Source: a virus
Virus record (IMG/VR): IMGVR_UViG_3300021478_000016
Span: 64,001-128,000 of that record
Strand: one strand, 5' to 3'
DNA: 64,000 nt
Shown here: positions 55,268-63,398 of the stretch, piece by piece
How the letters are laid out: each line of letters starts with the position of its first letter
How positions within the stretch are numbered: position 1 is the first letter of the stretch
Notes under the pieces: generated by a model
The model's input: only the letters and a program-made list of their open reading frames with translations
Databases searched by the model: none
Told to the model about the DNA's origin: nothing
Position numbers and translations under genes: made by a program

Positions 55268-55595
55268 CGATCAGGTCGTCGTCAAGTGTGAGCCCCTCCA
55301 AGAGGAGCTCCGCAACGGTCTGATCATCCTGCCCCATCAGCAGCGCGTCCGTCACGGGGAGGTGGTGGCGGTGGGGCCGGGCTACACGAGGGAGAAGGTG
55401 CGGGGCTACATCCCGCTCTTCGTGAAGGTCGGAGATCGAGTGGCCTTCTTCCGCGAGAACATGGAGACCCTCAACGGGAAGCAGATCTCACACTCGCTGT
55501 ACGACATCTCCGTGCAGTACGGGGCAGATGTCGCCCTTCTTCCGGAGTCGGCCATCCTCGCGGTGATCGATAAGGACACGGTGATGGACGCATGA
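55242..55595 (+). CDS. groES: GroES/Cpn10 co-chaperonin
   Basis: LRPRNDQVVV, GLIILP, GEVVAVGPG, VKVGDRV and ESAILAVI. Confidence 0.9.
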   Translation: MTTRLRPRNDQVVVKCEPLQEELRNGLIILPHQQRVRHGEVVAVGPGYTREKVRGYIPLFVKVGDRVAFFRENMETLNGKQISHSLYDISVQYGADVALLPESAILAVIDKDTVMDA

Positions 55596-55879
55596 GAGCA
55601 GTGGTTGCTACTGGAAAGGGAACCGTCGAACTTGCCTACACGTGGCTTCCTACGTTTGTTGGCATGAACACGCCGCTGAAGAAGGAGATGGAGAGGGACC
55701 TCCAGAAGAAGGTTCTGGGACGTCCTCTGGATGAGCGCGTCCTCGATGAGGTCCACGATCTCGTTGTGGACTGGCTGTGCTCGAAGTTCCCTCACATCGA
55801 GGGCCTTCGTGACTACCTCGACTCCCTGAAGTTCGTGCAGGTCGGCAACCCGATGGAGGAGCCGCAGCCGGCTACGTGA
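55592..55879 (+). CDS. Hypothetical protein
   Basis: Coupled ORF. Confidence 0.65.
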   Translation: MRAVVATGKGTVELAYTWLPTFVGMNTPLKKEMERDLQKKVLGRPLDERVLDEVHDLVVDWLCSKFPHIEGLRDYLDSLKFVQVGNPMEEPQPAT

Positions 55880-56067
55880 AGATGCCTCGAGTGAAGAAAG
55901 CCCGCCTCAATATGCGCCTCGACCCGAGCCTTCTCGAAGAGGCCAAGACCATCGCCAAGAAGAAGCACCTGACGGTCACCGGGTTGGTCGAGGCGTTGCT
56001 CATCACCTGCGTGACGACCGAAAAACTACTGGAGCGCAGGAACCCACTAGACGCGGAGTCGGTCTGA
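55876..56067 (+). CDS. Ribbon-helix-helix DNA-binding protein
   Basis: KKARLNMRLDPSLLEEAKTIAKKKHLTVTGLVEALL. Confidence 0.75.
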   Translation: MKMPRVKKARLNMRLDPSLLEEAKTIAKKKHLTVTGLVEALLITCVTTEKLLERRNPLDAESV

Positions 56068-56618
56068 TGCCCGAATACAAGGAAGTCACGAGTACGATCA
56101 ACGTGCCAAAGAACACCGGTGTGGAGGGTTTCATCTCCACCATCCGGAAGATCTTGTCGGTGCCGCGCATCCAGACCATCGCCATCAACGCCCAGGGGCA
56201 CATCAAGTACACGCATGTGGCGAGGGAGGGGGAAGAGGCGGGGGACCTGGAGGTCGACTTCTCGAGCATCCGTCCTTCGGGCATCGTCCGGAACGGTGAA
56301 CTCGTCGAGCTCGAGGAGGACAAGAATCCAACGCGTGCCGTCGCTCGGCTGTTCGAGCGCGCCTCCCAGGAGCATCTCTTCCCGGTGTCCTGGGTCTCGG
56401 GTCCCTCATCTACCTTCTGGCTCTGGCACGAGAGGGAGGGGCTCACCATGTCACCGTCCAGGGACCAGGCGTATGGCCTGCCGTTCCTCTACGATGACCA
56501 CTTCCCGCCCTCTACCCTCGTGCTTTGCACGGGGTACACTCGTACCAGTGCAATGATCGACGTCAAGAAGAGCTTCAAGATGCTGATGCCCGAAGCTCAC
56601 ATGCTGTTGAAGGGGTAA
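56067..56618 (+). CDS. Hypothetical protein
   Basis: Coupled ORF, 183 aa. Confidence 0.65.
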   Translation: MPEYKEVTSTINVPKNTGVEGFISTIRKILSVPRIQTIAINAQGHIKYTHVAREGEEAGDLEVDFSSIRPSGIVRNGELVELEEDKNPTRAVARLFERASQEHLFPVSWVSGPSSTFWLWHEREGLTMSPSRDQAYGLPFLYDDHFPPSTLVLCTGYTRTSAMIDVKKSFKMLMPEAHMLLKG

Positions 56619-56620
56619 CC

Positions 56621-57184
56621 ATGAACGAGCTCGCCAAGCTGATGATTCAATCCGGGGTGCTGAGCAAGGAGCAGGTCTCCGAGTTCCAGCGCTGGGGAAT
56701 GCACAACCTGACGGAGGAGGCGAAGTTCGACCTCGACAAGACCCAGGATGCTCAGGCCTTCCTCAAGCAGATCGAGTTGGCTCTCCAGAAGGACGAGATG
56801 GTCCTTGTTCGTGAGACCGACTTCGATGCCCTGCGCAACTACCTCGCGCATCAGCACAAAGGGCAGCTCCATCTCTACACCGGCGACGTCAAGAACGACC
56901 CGATCGAGGTGACCTACAGCATCTCGAAGACCGGGGAGTACTTGCTCCCTTGGGGTGGCGAGAACATCGTGGAGCTGCTGGCCAACGGCAAGACGTACTT
57001 GGTCACGGACGACGACAAGGTCGAGTTCTTCTACGAGATCCGCGAGCTCTTCTACGGGGACGTGAAGGCGTTCGTCGCCTGCCGTCCTCTCTCCTCTGTT
57101 CGGGAGCAGTCTCCTGACCCTCTTTCTCTCACCCACGGTGCCCCCAATGGATCTGACTCCGATCAAGCAGGCCCTTCGGACTAA
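56621..57184 (+). CDS. Hypothetical protein
   Basis: SD and coupling. Confidence 0.65.
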   Translation: MNELAKLMIQSGVLSKEQVSEFQRWGMHNLTEEAKFDLDKTQDAQAFLKQIELALQKDEMVLVRETDFDALRNYLAHQHKGQLHLYTGDVKNDPIEVTYSISKTGEYLLPWGGENIVELLANGKTYLVTDDDKVEFFYEIRELFYGDVKAFVACRPLSSVREQSPDPLSLTHGAPNGSDSDQAGPSD

Positions 57185-57614
57185 GGTCGGGTTCGAAGCA
57201 CTCACCGCCAACGCGGGGGCGAGGCAGATTCGAATGACCGGCCGCATGCCGCAGACCCGAATAGGGGACTACCTCATCCTCGTGCATCACATCGAGGGGT
57301 GGTTGGAGCGCAAGAACCCAGGCTGGACGATGGACGCTTCGAAGCACTACTTCTGCCATCCCAAGACCAAGAAGGTGGTCTTTGAGTGGCGGTACCTCTT
57401 CGGGGCCGAGGATATCGTGAAGCATCTGCACGACATCCAGAGCGCCATCCTCTCTGTGCCCGGTAGTTCTCGCAACGAGGTGATGGAGGTCCCGCTGGTC
57501 GGTGCGAGCCCAGACCGCAACGCGCACGTTCGAGGCAAGGGTGTTGGTCTCACGGACCGTACGCCCACAGGCCCGCTGGCCCTGGGTATTCTCCAGACCC
57601 GGCAGGGAGGATGA
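57147..57614 (+). CDS. Hypothetical protein
   Basis: Coupled ORF. Confidence 0.6.
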   Translation: MDLTPIKQALRTKVGFEALTANAGARQIRMTGRMPQTRIGDYLILVHHIEGWLERKNPGWTMDASKHYFCHPKTKKVVFEWRYLFGAEDIVKHLHDIQSAILSVPGSSRNEVMEVPLVGASPDRNAHVRGKGVGLTDRTPTGPLALGILQTRQGG

Positions 57615-57617
57615 TCT

Positions 57618-58274
57618 ATGCCTACCCAAGACGTAGCGTTCTCGCGAGAAGAGGTTCGCGGGGTCGAGCAGTTCTCCAAGGAAGAGCAGGAGGCCATCCG
57701 TCAGAGGATGTCGGCCATCGACCTGCTCATGAAGGACCAGGAGGGCAAGGGTAAGTACAAGATCGAGCTCTTCTTCACGTCGGCTCGCTCGCTGACCAAG
57801 CCCACGCCGGGGGTAATCTCCTTCTGGGAGAGCGGGTCTCGCCTTCACGGTGGTGGGGACGCCAAGATCTACATCTGCCCTGGCAAGATGCGTAAGATCA
57901 AGGACTGCGAGGCCTTCATCCCCGACTCTGGCAATGCTTCGGCCGTTCTCTTCTGTCCGAAGTGTGGTACGAGTTGGAAGGGTGACGATGTCATCGGAGA
58001 GCACATCGCGAGGTTGTCGATGAAGCAGTGGGCTGCCTTGCTCGTGCACTACTTCACGCGGATGGAGCTCAACGCGGACATCTACGTGAAGCACTCGAAG
58101 GACGATATCCGTACGGTGGCCATGCTCGAGACGGCCAAGAGCAAGGGTGGGGAGGCTCTGAACAAGGTCCGCAACAAGAGGGCCGTGGTCATCTACCCTC
58201 TCAAGAACATCATCAAGGACACTGCGGCGGGGTCAGATCTGTACTCCCGCTTCACAGCGTTGCTGACCGCATGA
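57618..58274 (+). CDS. Hypothetical protein with a Zn-ribbon insertion
   Basis: ICPG...DCEA...FCPKCG; GGAGG SD. Confidence 0.7.
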   Translation: MPTQDVAFSREEVRGVEQFSKEEQEAIRQRMSAIDLLMKDQEGKGKYKIELFFTSARSLTKPTPGVISFWESGSRLHGGGDAKIYICPGKMRKIKDCEAFIPDSGNASAVLFCPKCGTSWKGDDVIGEHIARLSMKQWAALLVHYFTRMELNADIYVKHSKDDIRTVAMLETAKSKGGEALNKVRNKRAVVIYPLKNIIKDTAAGSDLYSRFTALLTA

Positions 58275-58732
58275 GTTCCCAGTTCCACAACCCGACCTTC
58301 ATCCGACACGCCCACCGGCGTGCGGTTCTCCAGTTCCTTCAACGGATGCTCAAGGAGAATCACCTCCAGATAGACTCTGCCCCCAGAGAAGCGATCATCT
58401 GTGAGGACGTGCTCTACGCGGACCGTATTGTGTCTCAGGACGCGCTCATCGAGGTGCTCGATGGGCTCGAGCAGCTCGAGAACATGGAGACCCTGGGCAT
58501 GAACGAGTTCGAGCTCAAGAGGAGAGGCACAGCCTCCCTCCGTCTCCCCCCGCCTCCTAAGGAGAACGCTTCCGATGTCATCGACGAACAGCCGAAAGAG
58601 CAGACAGGCACTGGCCAAGGACCTCAGCAAGCAGGCGGTCCCGAAGATCGGCAAGGAGGAACCCCCGCAACCCCCGGAAAACCTGGAGACCAGGGTGGCT
58701 CTCCTGGAACGCCGCCTTCAAGAGCTGGCTGA
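58271..58732 (+). CDS. Hypothetical protein
   Basis: ATGA overlap; its disordered tail overlaps the next gene. Confidence 0.6.
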   Translation: MSSQFHNPTFIRHAHRRAVLQFLQRMLKENHLQIDSAPREAIICEDVLYADRIVSQDALIEVLDGLEQLENMETLGMNEFELKRRGTASLRLPPPPKENASDVIDEQPKEQTGTGQGPQQAGGPEDRQGGTPATPGKPGDQGGSPGTPPSRAG

Positions 58733-59048
58733 TGCCTCACAGCAGAACACGACCGTCTTCCTGAGCGGCTTCGAGTCTGTCGACAAGCGCATGTACACGC
58801 TCATGCGCATCGTCTCCGAGATGTACTTCCGTCCCGGGACGATCCACCTCAAGACCGAACGCGAAGTCCTGCGAGACGAAGAGACCGGTGAGCCGTACGT
58901 CCACGGCGGTCTGAATGTCGACTGGATGGCGTACTTCGGGGAGTTCCATGCCATGATGGCGCTCGTGGCGTTGGTCGAGTCCGTGCAGGCGCAGCCGGCA
59001 GAAGAAGTCCCGGACAACGTCATCGAGTTTGGAGGCAAGGACGCATGA
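58575..59048 (+). CDS. Hypothetical coiled-coil protein
   Basis: AAGGAG SD lies inside the upstream ORF. Confidence 0.65.
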   Translation: MSSTNSRKSRQALAKDLSKQAVPKIGKEEPPQPPENLETRVALLERRLQELADASQQNTTVFLSGFESVDKRMYTLMRIVSEMYFRPGTIHLKTEREVLRDEETGEPYVHGGLNVDWMAYFGEFHAMMALVALVESVQAQPAEEVPDNVIEFGGKDA

Positions 59049-59245
59049 ACCAGAACTTCGAGTCCGACACCAAGACCAGCTACGTCCTGAGCGGCTGGTC
59101 CAGCAAGGACGTGCCTACGGAGATCACTGTAACGGGAGAGCACATCCCAGCCCTGGTGCCTCTGCCCGGTAGTGCGAGGGTTCGTGAGTGGTGCCAGGCG
59201 GGCAAGAAGGTACGTGTTACCTTCGAGATCGTAGAGGAACCATGA
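59045..59245 (+). CDS. Small hypothetical protein
   Basis: ATGA overlaps. Confidence 0.6.
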   Translation: MNQNFESDTKTSYVLSGWSSKDVPTEITVTGEHIPALVPLPGSARVREWCQAGKKVRVTFEIVEEP

Positions 59246-59457
59246 GCAAGGCCATCAACCGCACCGACCACCTGAGTAACATTCGCCAGATCCCCGGCAC
59301 GAACGTAGGCACCGTCTACGATCAGAACGGCAAAGGTGTTCGGCAGATAGCCTGCCCGAAGTGCAAGGGCAACACCATCAGCCCTTCGAAGAACGGCCAG
59401 GGCAAGACCGTGTACATCTGCGCATGCGGCGCCCAGTTCACGTCCAACCGGATGTGA
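59242..59457 (+). CDS. Small Zn-ribbon protein
   Basis: ACPKC...YICACG. Confidence 0.65.
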   Translation: MSKAINRTDHLSNIRQIPGTNVGTVYDQNGKGVRQIACPKCKGNTISPSKNGQGKTVYICACGAQFTSNRM

Positions 59458-59463
59458 TCATGG

Positions 59464-59506
59464 GGCTAAAAAGAAGAGGGCCTTGCGGCTCCTCTTCTTT
59501 TTAGCC
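59464..59506. terminator. Bidirectional intrinsic terminator between convergent blocks
   Basis: GGCTAAAAAGAAGAGG-N11-CCTCTTCTTTTTAGCC, a perfect 16-bp inverted repeat. Confidence 0.9.
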
Positions 59507-59507
59507 A

Positions 59508-59774
59508 TCAGCAGAACGGCAGGAAGATCTTCTCCCAGACCGAGCGAATGGCTTTGCCGGTGTCGGTCCCCTCGACTTCACGTCTGAGGAGGGTGATGAC
59601 GTCTCCGGTCTCTAGATGCATGTCGACTCGACAGAATGACTGACCGCCTTCGGTCCAGCAGTCGATGTCGATCGTCCCTGCCTCAATGCCGCGCGAGTAG
59701 TAGTTCAGGAGCTCCTTCTTCAGGTTCTCCGGCGTGCGTAGATTCTCTCTCTGCTGTGCAATGGTGGCGGCCAT
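59508..59774 (-). CDS. Hypothetical protein
   Basis: GGAGG SD; coupled. Confidence 0.65.
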   Translation of the reverse strand: MAATIAQQRENLRTPENLKKELLNYYSRGIEAGTIDIDCWTEGGQSFCRVDMHLETGDVITLLRREVEGTDTGKAIRSVWEKIFLPFC

Positions 59775-60103
59775 CAGTGCAACACCTCCGACTTGGGCAT
59801 CTTGAGAGCCTCCAGGGCGTCATCGACGTCGAAGAGGCCGAGTGAAAGCAGGCCGCTGACGCGGTGGATGCAGCGGATGTTGGAGTCGGCGACGAGCAGA
59901 GTGGTGTTGGCGTTCTTCACCATCTCTTCGCTGCCGACCTGGAAACCGATCTCCCGAAGCTGGATGAGCATCTCTTTGGCCTGCTCGAGATGCTGGATGG
60001 CTTCGGTGAGCAGCCGTTGGTCGATGGCTGTGTTGGCCATCTTGCACTGCTCGAAGTACATCCTCAGTAAGTCTTGGACGACCTGGATCTTGGTGACGGA
60101 CAT
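59774..60103 (-). CDS. Hypothetical helical protein
   Basis: GGAGGTAACC leader. Confidence 0.7.
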   Translation of the reverse strand: MSVTKIQVVQDLLRMYFEQCKMANTAIDQRLLTEAIQHLEQAKEMLIQLREIGFQVGSEEMVKNANTTLLVADSNIRCIHRVSGLLSLGLFDVDDALEALKMPKSEVLH

Positions 60104-60123
60104 GGTTGGTTACCTCCGAACCT

Positions 60124-60131
60124 CTTATTCC
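60124..60131 (-). promoter_or_regulatory. GGnATAAG promoter-like motif
   Basis: GATCT GGAATAAG AGGTTC GGAGGTAACC. Confidence 0.75.
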
Positions 60132-60139
60132 AGATCGAT

Positions 60140-60170
60140 GGCTAAAAAGAACTGAACCCAGCTCTTTTAC
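60140..60170 (-). terminator. Intrinsic terminator ending TTTTTAGCC
   Basis: AAAAGAGCTG-GGTT-CAGTTCTTTTTAGCC on the minus strand. Confidence 0.7.
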
Positions 60171-60172
60171 TT

Positions 60173-60649
60173 CTACTGCACCACTTCGATCAGCGAGTAT
60201 CTGCCGTCGTGAAGGTAGACGGCTTGGGTGCCTGGCTTCAGGGGCAGACCGAACTCCCCAGACTGGCCTTCGAGTAGGGCTGCTGTGAGTCCTCCCACGC
60301 CTTCCTTCTTGGCGTTGATGAGGATGTACCCCTTGTTGAGCCACAGGTAGATGCGCAGATAGCCCAGGTCCTCATTGCGCAGAGCCAGATCGACGTCGTG
60401 CCTGCACGGGATGCCGTCCTGGGCGTGGTAGACGCATGCGCACTTGGCCTTGGCGCAGATGCGATGCCTTTCTGCTTCGGGTAGGCTCGCAGTGAAGCTC
60501 ACGAAAGCGCGGGTCACGAACTCTTCAGGGAGCTTCGCGAGTTCCGCAGCCTCCAGTGGGCCAACCTCTCGAAGGCGAGTCCAGCGACCACCATCGAACG
60601 GGTACGTGCCGTGGATCTTCACATCGGTCAGAGACATGGATCGGGTCAT
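60173..60649 (-). CDS. Hypothetical protein
   Basis: Start reassigned to 60649 on the basis of GGAGGTAACC-ATG. Confidence 0.7.
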   Translation of the reverse strand: MTRSMSLTDVKIHGTYPFDGGRWTRLREVGPLEAAELAKLPEEFVTRAFVSFTASLPEAERHRICAKAKCACVYHAQDGIPCRHDVDLALRNEDLGYLRIYLWLNKGYILINAKKEGVGGLTAALLEGQSGEFGLPLKPGTQAVYLHDGRYSLIEVVQ

Positions 60650-60665
60650 GGTTACCTCCAGATCC

Positions 60666-60673
60666 CTTATGCC
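60666..60673 (-). promoter_or_regulatory. GGnATAAG promoter-like motif
   Basis: GGCATAAG GGATCT GGAGGTAACC. Confidence 0.7.
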
Positions 60674-60686
60674 GTGCTCTTGGGCA

Positions 60687-61076
60687 CTATCGCCACATGA
60701 CCAGTGAATTATCCTGCGGAACGATGCCAACGAATCTGAAACCTAGCTTCTTGTAGAGGTTCTGAGCCCGTAGGTTGTCCTTCTTGACCGTGAGGACTAT
60801 GGGCAGCCAAGCAACTTCGAGTACGACCTCCATGAGCTCTTGCCCGATGCCTTTGCCCTGATGGTCTGGGTGAACGGCGATACGAAGAACGTCCACCAGC
60901 TCCGGTCCCCAGGCCGTGATGATGTAACCCTTTTGATCGCAGACCTGTGCCATCCCAGCTTCGATGACCTGCTTCACGGCGTACTCGTTCACGCCGTACT
61001 CCTGGAAGAGCGAGAGCTCGAGCTCCGCGATGAAGTCGATGTCGTCCAAAGAGGCAAGTCGAATCACGTGAGCCAT
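60687..61076 (-). CDS. GNAT (RimI-like) acetyltransferase
   Basis: RIAVHPDHQGKGIG, LTVKKDNLRAQNLYKKLGF. Confidence 0.92.
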   Translation of the reverse strand: MAHVIRLASLDDIDFIAELELSLFQEYGVNEYAVKQVIEAGMAQVCDQKGYIITAWGPELVDVLRIAVHPDHQGKGIGQELMEVVLEVAWLPIVLTVKKDNLRAQNLYKKLGFRFVGIVPQDNSLVMWR

Positions 61077-61090
61077 GGTACAACCCTCCT

Positions 61091-61300
61091 ATGCTGAGAG
61101 CGACGGCTGACAGTACGAACGGGCAGGAGTTGAAGAAGGAAGTCGAGGAAGCCATCGCCGAGTTCGGTGAGTGGTTCGAGAAGGACTTGAAGAACGAGCG
61201 CCTCTCGAATCCCGAACGAGCGATCCTCGACACCTTCTGCTACTGGATGGTGGCGGTACGGGGCAAGAAAGAAGGGGACCCGAAGGTCCCCTCTCCCTAA
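61091..61300 (+). CDS. Small hypothetical protein (possibly leaderless)
   Basis: TGGTACAAC-N6-ATG; protein-like 69 aa. Confidence 0.55.
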   Translation: MLRATADSTNGQELKKEVEEAIAEFGEWFEKDLKNERLSNPERAILDTFCYWMVAVRGKKEGDPKVPSP

Positions 61301-61644
61301 CCGGGCTCGTACTCGAAGATCATCCGCCACAAGCTGCGGATGGCATCTTCTCGAGTCGCCCCATTCGCCTCCCGGAAGATGACCCTCCCCACCCGGTAGT
61401 GGTCACGCAGCCCCTTCAGCATGTCCACCAGCCGCCACTCGAGCTCACTCTTCGCCGGCTGGAACTCGGGGTCTTTCCGGTACTGGACCTCGAACCAGAC
61501 GGCGATGTCGTACTCGTCATTGCCGGGGTGGAAGGTGAAGCCGTAGCTCGTGTTGTCTCCGAAGAGGGAGTAGAGCCTCTCCTCGATCTCCGTCAGCAGC
61601 ACAGTCTCCGACCGGCTATCGGGCCGGTCAGTTGTAGTAGTCAT
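61297..61644 (-). CDS. Hypothetical protein
   Basis: GGAGGCAACC leader. Confidence 0.7.
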   Translation of the reverse strand: MTTTTDRPDSRSETVLLTEIEERLYSLFGDNTSYGFTFHPGNDEYDIAVWFEVQYRKDPEFQPAKSELEWRLVDMLKGLRDHYRVGRVIFREANGATREDAIRSLWRMIFEYEPG

Positions 61645-61661
61645 AGGTTGCCTCCGGATCT

Positions 61662-61669
61662 CTTATTCC
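61662..61669 (-). promoter_or_regulatory. GGnATAAG promoter-like motif
   Basis: GATCT GGAATAAG AGATCC GGAGGCAACC. Confidence 0.75.
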
Positions 61670-61677
61670 AGATCCAG

Positions 61678-61711
61678 GGCTAAAAGAGAGAGGCCTTGCG
61701 GCTTCTCTCTC
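61678..61711 (-). terminator. Intrinsic terminator ending TTTTAGCC
   Basis: GAGAGAAGCC-GCAA-GGCCTCTCTCTTTTAGCC. Confidence 0.8.
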
Positions 61712-61779
61712 CCCATCCGGAGATCGAGCAGGGAACTCGACCTCCGAACAGTTCCACCCGGTGCTGGGTGACGCCTCAC

Positions 61780-62361
61780 TCACTGACCCTTGAGGCACGT
61801 GGCGGTTGCGACGAGCCCCATTCCCTGGACCAGGAGCTGTGAGTCGATCAAACACTGGAACTCGTCCTGGGTGTTCGCGTTGTCGGTGTACGAGGGGGCT
61901 GCGACGTACTGGGAGTTGTTCCCAGTCACGATGCAGTACCCGTGCAGCATGATGTCGTTGGCGTTGCAGAAGGCCACCGCCTTGCAGTCGATGCCCGTGG
62001 AGCACGCCTGCGGGTTGCCCGTCACAACGTAGCGGCCAGACTTCGTGAGTGGCGTACCAGCAGGTCCCTGAGGACCGGCAGGACCCTGCGGACCCTGGGG
62101 ACCAGGAGGGCCCTGGAGCGATGCCGCGTCGAACGTCTCCGTCGGGCCACCATCCGGCCCGATGATCTCGGTCACGCCCGGCTGCCCCTGAGGCCCCTGT
62201 GGACCTTGAGGACCGGTCGGACCTTGAGGTCCCTGCTCCCCCTGGGGTCCTGGGGGGCCGGCATCGCCCTGCTCACCTACGGTGCCAAAGGCCCCGCCAC
62301 CGCAAGCCATCGTGGACATGGCCAGAAGTACACTCAGAAACACATGGATCAGATTCTTCAT
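61780..62361 (-). CDS. Collagen-like lipoprotein
   Basis: Signal with lipobox-like STMAC; two (G-P-x)n tracts; Cys-rich C-terminal domain. Confidence 0.85.
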   Translation of the reverse strand: MKNLIHVFLSVLLAMSTMACGGGAFGTVGEQGDAGPPGPQGEQGPQGPTGPQGPQGPQGQPGVTEIIGPDGGPTETFDAASLQGPPGPQGPQGPAGPQGPAGTPLTKSGRYVVTGNPQACSTGIDCKAVAFCNANDIMLHGYCIVTGNNSQYVAAPSYTDNANTQDEFQCLIDSQLLVQGMGLVATATCLKGQ

Positions 62362-62380
62362 AGCTGTTGCCTCCATGAAC

Positions 62381-62388
62381 CTTATTCC
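62381..62388 (-). promoter_or_regulatory. GGnATAAG promoter-like motif
   Basis: GATCG GGAATAAG GTTCAT GGAGGCAAC. Confidence 0.75.
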
Positions 62389-62420
62389 CGATCGCCCTGG
62401 GAAAGTGCTAGTAATGAGGC

Positions 62421-62774
62421 ATGAAGAAGACCGTTGTCGAGCTCGAGTGCTCCCGCTGCCACCGCAAGGAGTACGTCCCAGCCTCCGAGGCCACCCAAGA
62501 GACCTCTCCAGCCTTGGTCATCTTGCTGGACGGCAAAGAGGTGGCCAAGTTCGAGGACCTCTGCGCTCCGTGCAAGGAGGCTCTTGGCGGATACCTCGAG
62601 CAGATCTGCAAGCCGATGGAGAAGAAGTCTCCCAACCGCAAGAAGAAGGATGCTACCGAGCTCCTGGAAGCGATCGCCGATGCCAAGAGAGGCACGGGAA
62701 CCCTTCACAACGGTGAGGGGGCTAAGGAGAAAGGGCCAAAGCCCCATCCCCCAGTCGTGACTCGGTCGCCCTAG
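62421..62774 (+). CDS. Zn-finger protein (CxxC...DLCxxC)
   Basis: ECSRC...DLCAPC. Confidence 0.65.
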   Translation: MKKTVVELECSRCHRKEYVPASEATQETSPALVILLDGKEVAKFEDLCAPCKEALGGYLEQICKPMEKKSPNRKKKDATELLEAIADAKRGTGTLHNGEGAKEKGPKPHPPVVTRSP

Positions 62775-63235
62775 TTCAGCTCCTTGTCCTTCTTGGACAA
62801 GATCTTGGGTCTCAGGTCCATGTTGGTGTTGGCGATGAGCTGATCGAGTCTGTAGTCAGGGACACCGGCGATGCGTGCCAGCCGACGGACCTCTTCACGA
62901 GGCTTCCCACCAGCAATCCACTTGGTGAGCGTGCTGAAGAGAAGATGGTCGACGTCTGTCTGGAGAGCGTGGATGTTGCAGTGAAGGTTCTTCACGCTCT
63001 CGAGGTCTCCCTCGAGGATACGGACCTTCTGGTCCATGGCCGTCATGATGAGGCCTTCGAGGGCACGGGCGTTGTCGTTCGCGAGGTTGACGTACTGGTA
63101 GGTCTTGAAGGGGTCCGGTTCGGACAAGAGCATCTCGTGAGTGACGGCCTGCATGTAGTGGATGGTGCTCCCGAGCAAGAACTCGAGAGCGTGTTGTACT
63201 GCGTACTGCTTGTCACCAAGCTGGATGTGACTCAT
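62771..63235 (-). CDS. Hypothetical protein
   Basis: Start reassigned to 63235 on the basis of a GGAGG SD. Confidence 0.7.
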   Translation of the reverse strand: MSHIQLGDKQYAVQHALEFLLGSTIHYMQAVTHEMLLSEPDPFKTYQYVNLANDNARALEGLIMTAMDQKVRILEGDLESVKNLHCNIHALQTDVDHLLFSTLTKWIAGGKPREEVRRLARIAGVPDYRLDQLIANTNMDLRPKILSKKDKELN

Positions 63236-63253
63236 GGGGGTGCCTCCGAGCCT

Positions 63254-63261
63254 CTTATACC
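63254..63261 (-). promoter_or_regulatory. GGnATAAG promoter-like motif
   Basis: GATCC GGTATAAG AGGCTC GGAGGCAC. Confidence 0.75.
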
Positions 63262-63277
63262 GGATCACATAGATAAA

Positions 63278-63363
63278 TGGGAGGCGGGCGACCTTTTGGA
63301 GGCAACCAGCGCGACTGCGGTTTGACCCTGCGCGCGAATTAGCACGGGTCGTCCACACTCCCA
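63278..63363 (-). ncRNA. Candidate ~85-nt structured small RNA
   Basis: Closing stems TGGGAG/CTCCCA and GGACGACC/GGTCGCCC; preceded by GGCAAAAG-N6; contains GGTTGCCTCC. Confidence 0.5.
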
Positions 63364-63398
63364 GTTCTCTTTTGCCTCTATTGATCTCCCTTTTGCAG

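Noticed and set aside
63278-63363. tRNA or known riboswitch
   Set aside because: Ends in CCA but has no T-loop (TTCRA) or D-loop and no cloverleaf; I could not match a riboswitch consensus by eye.
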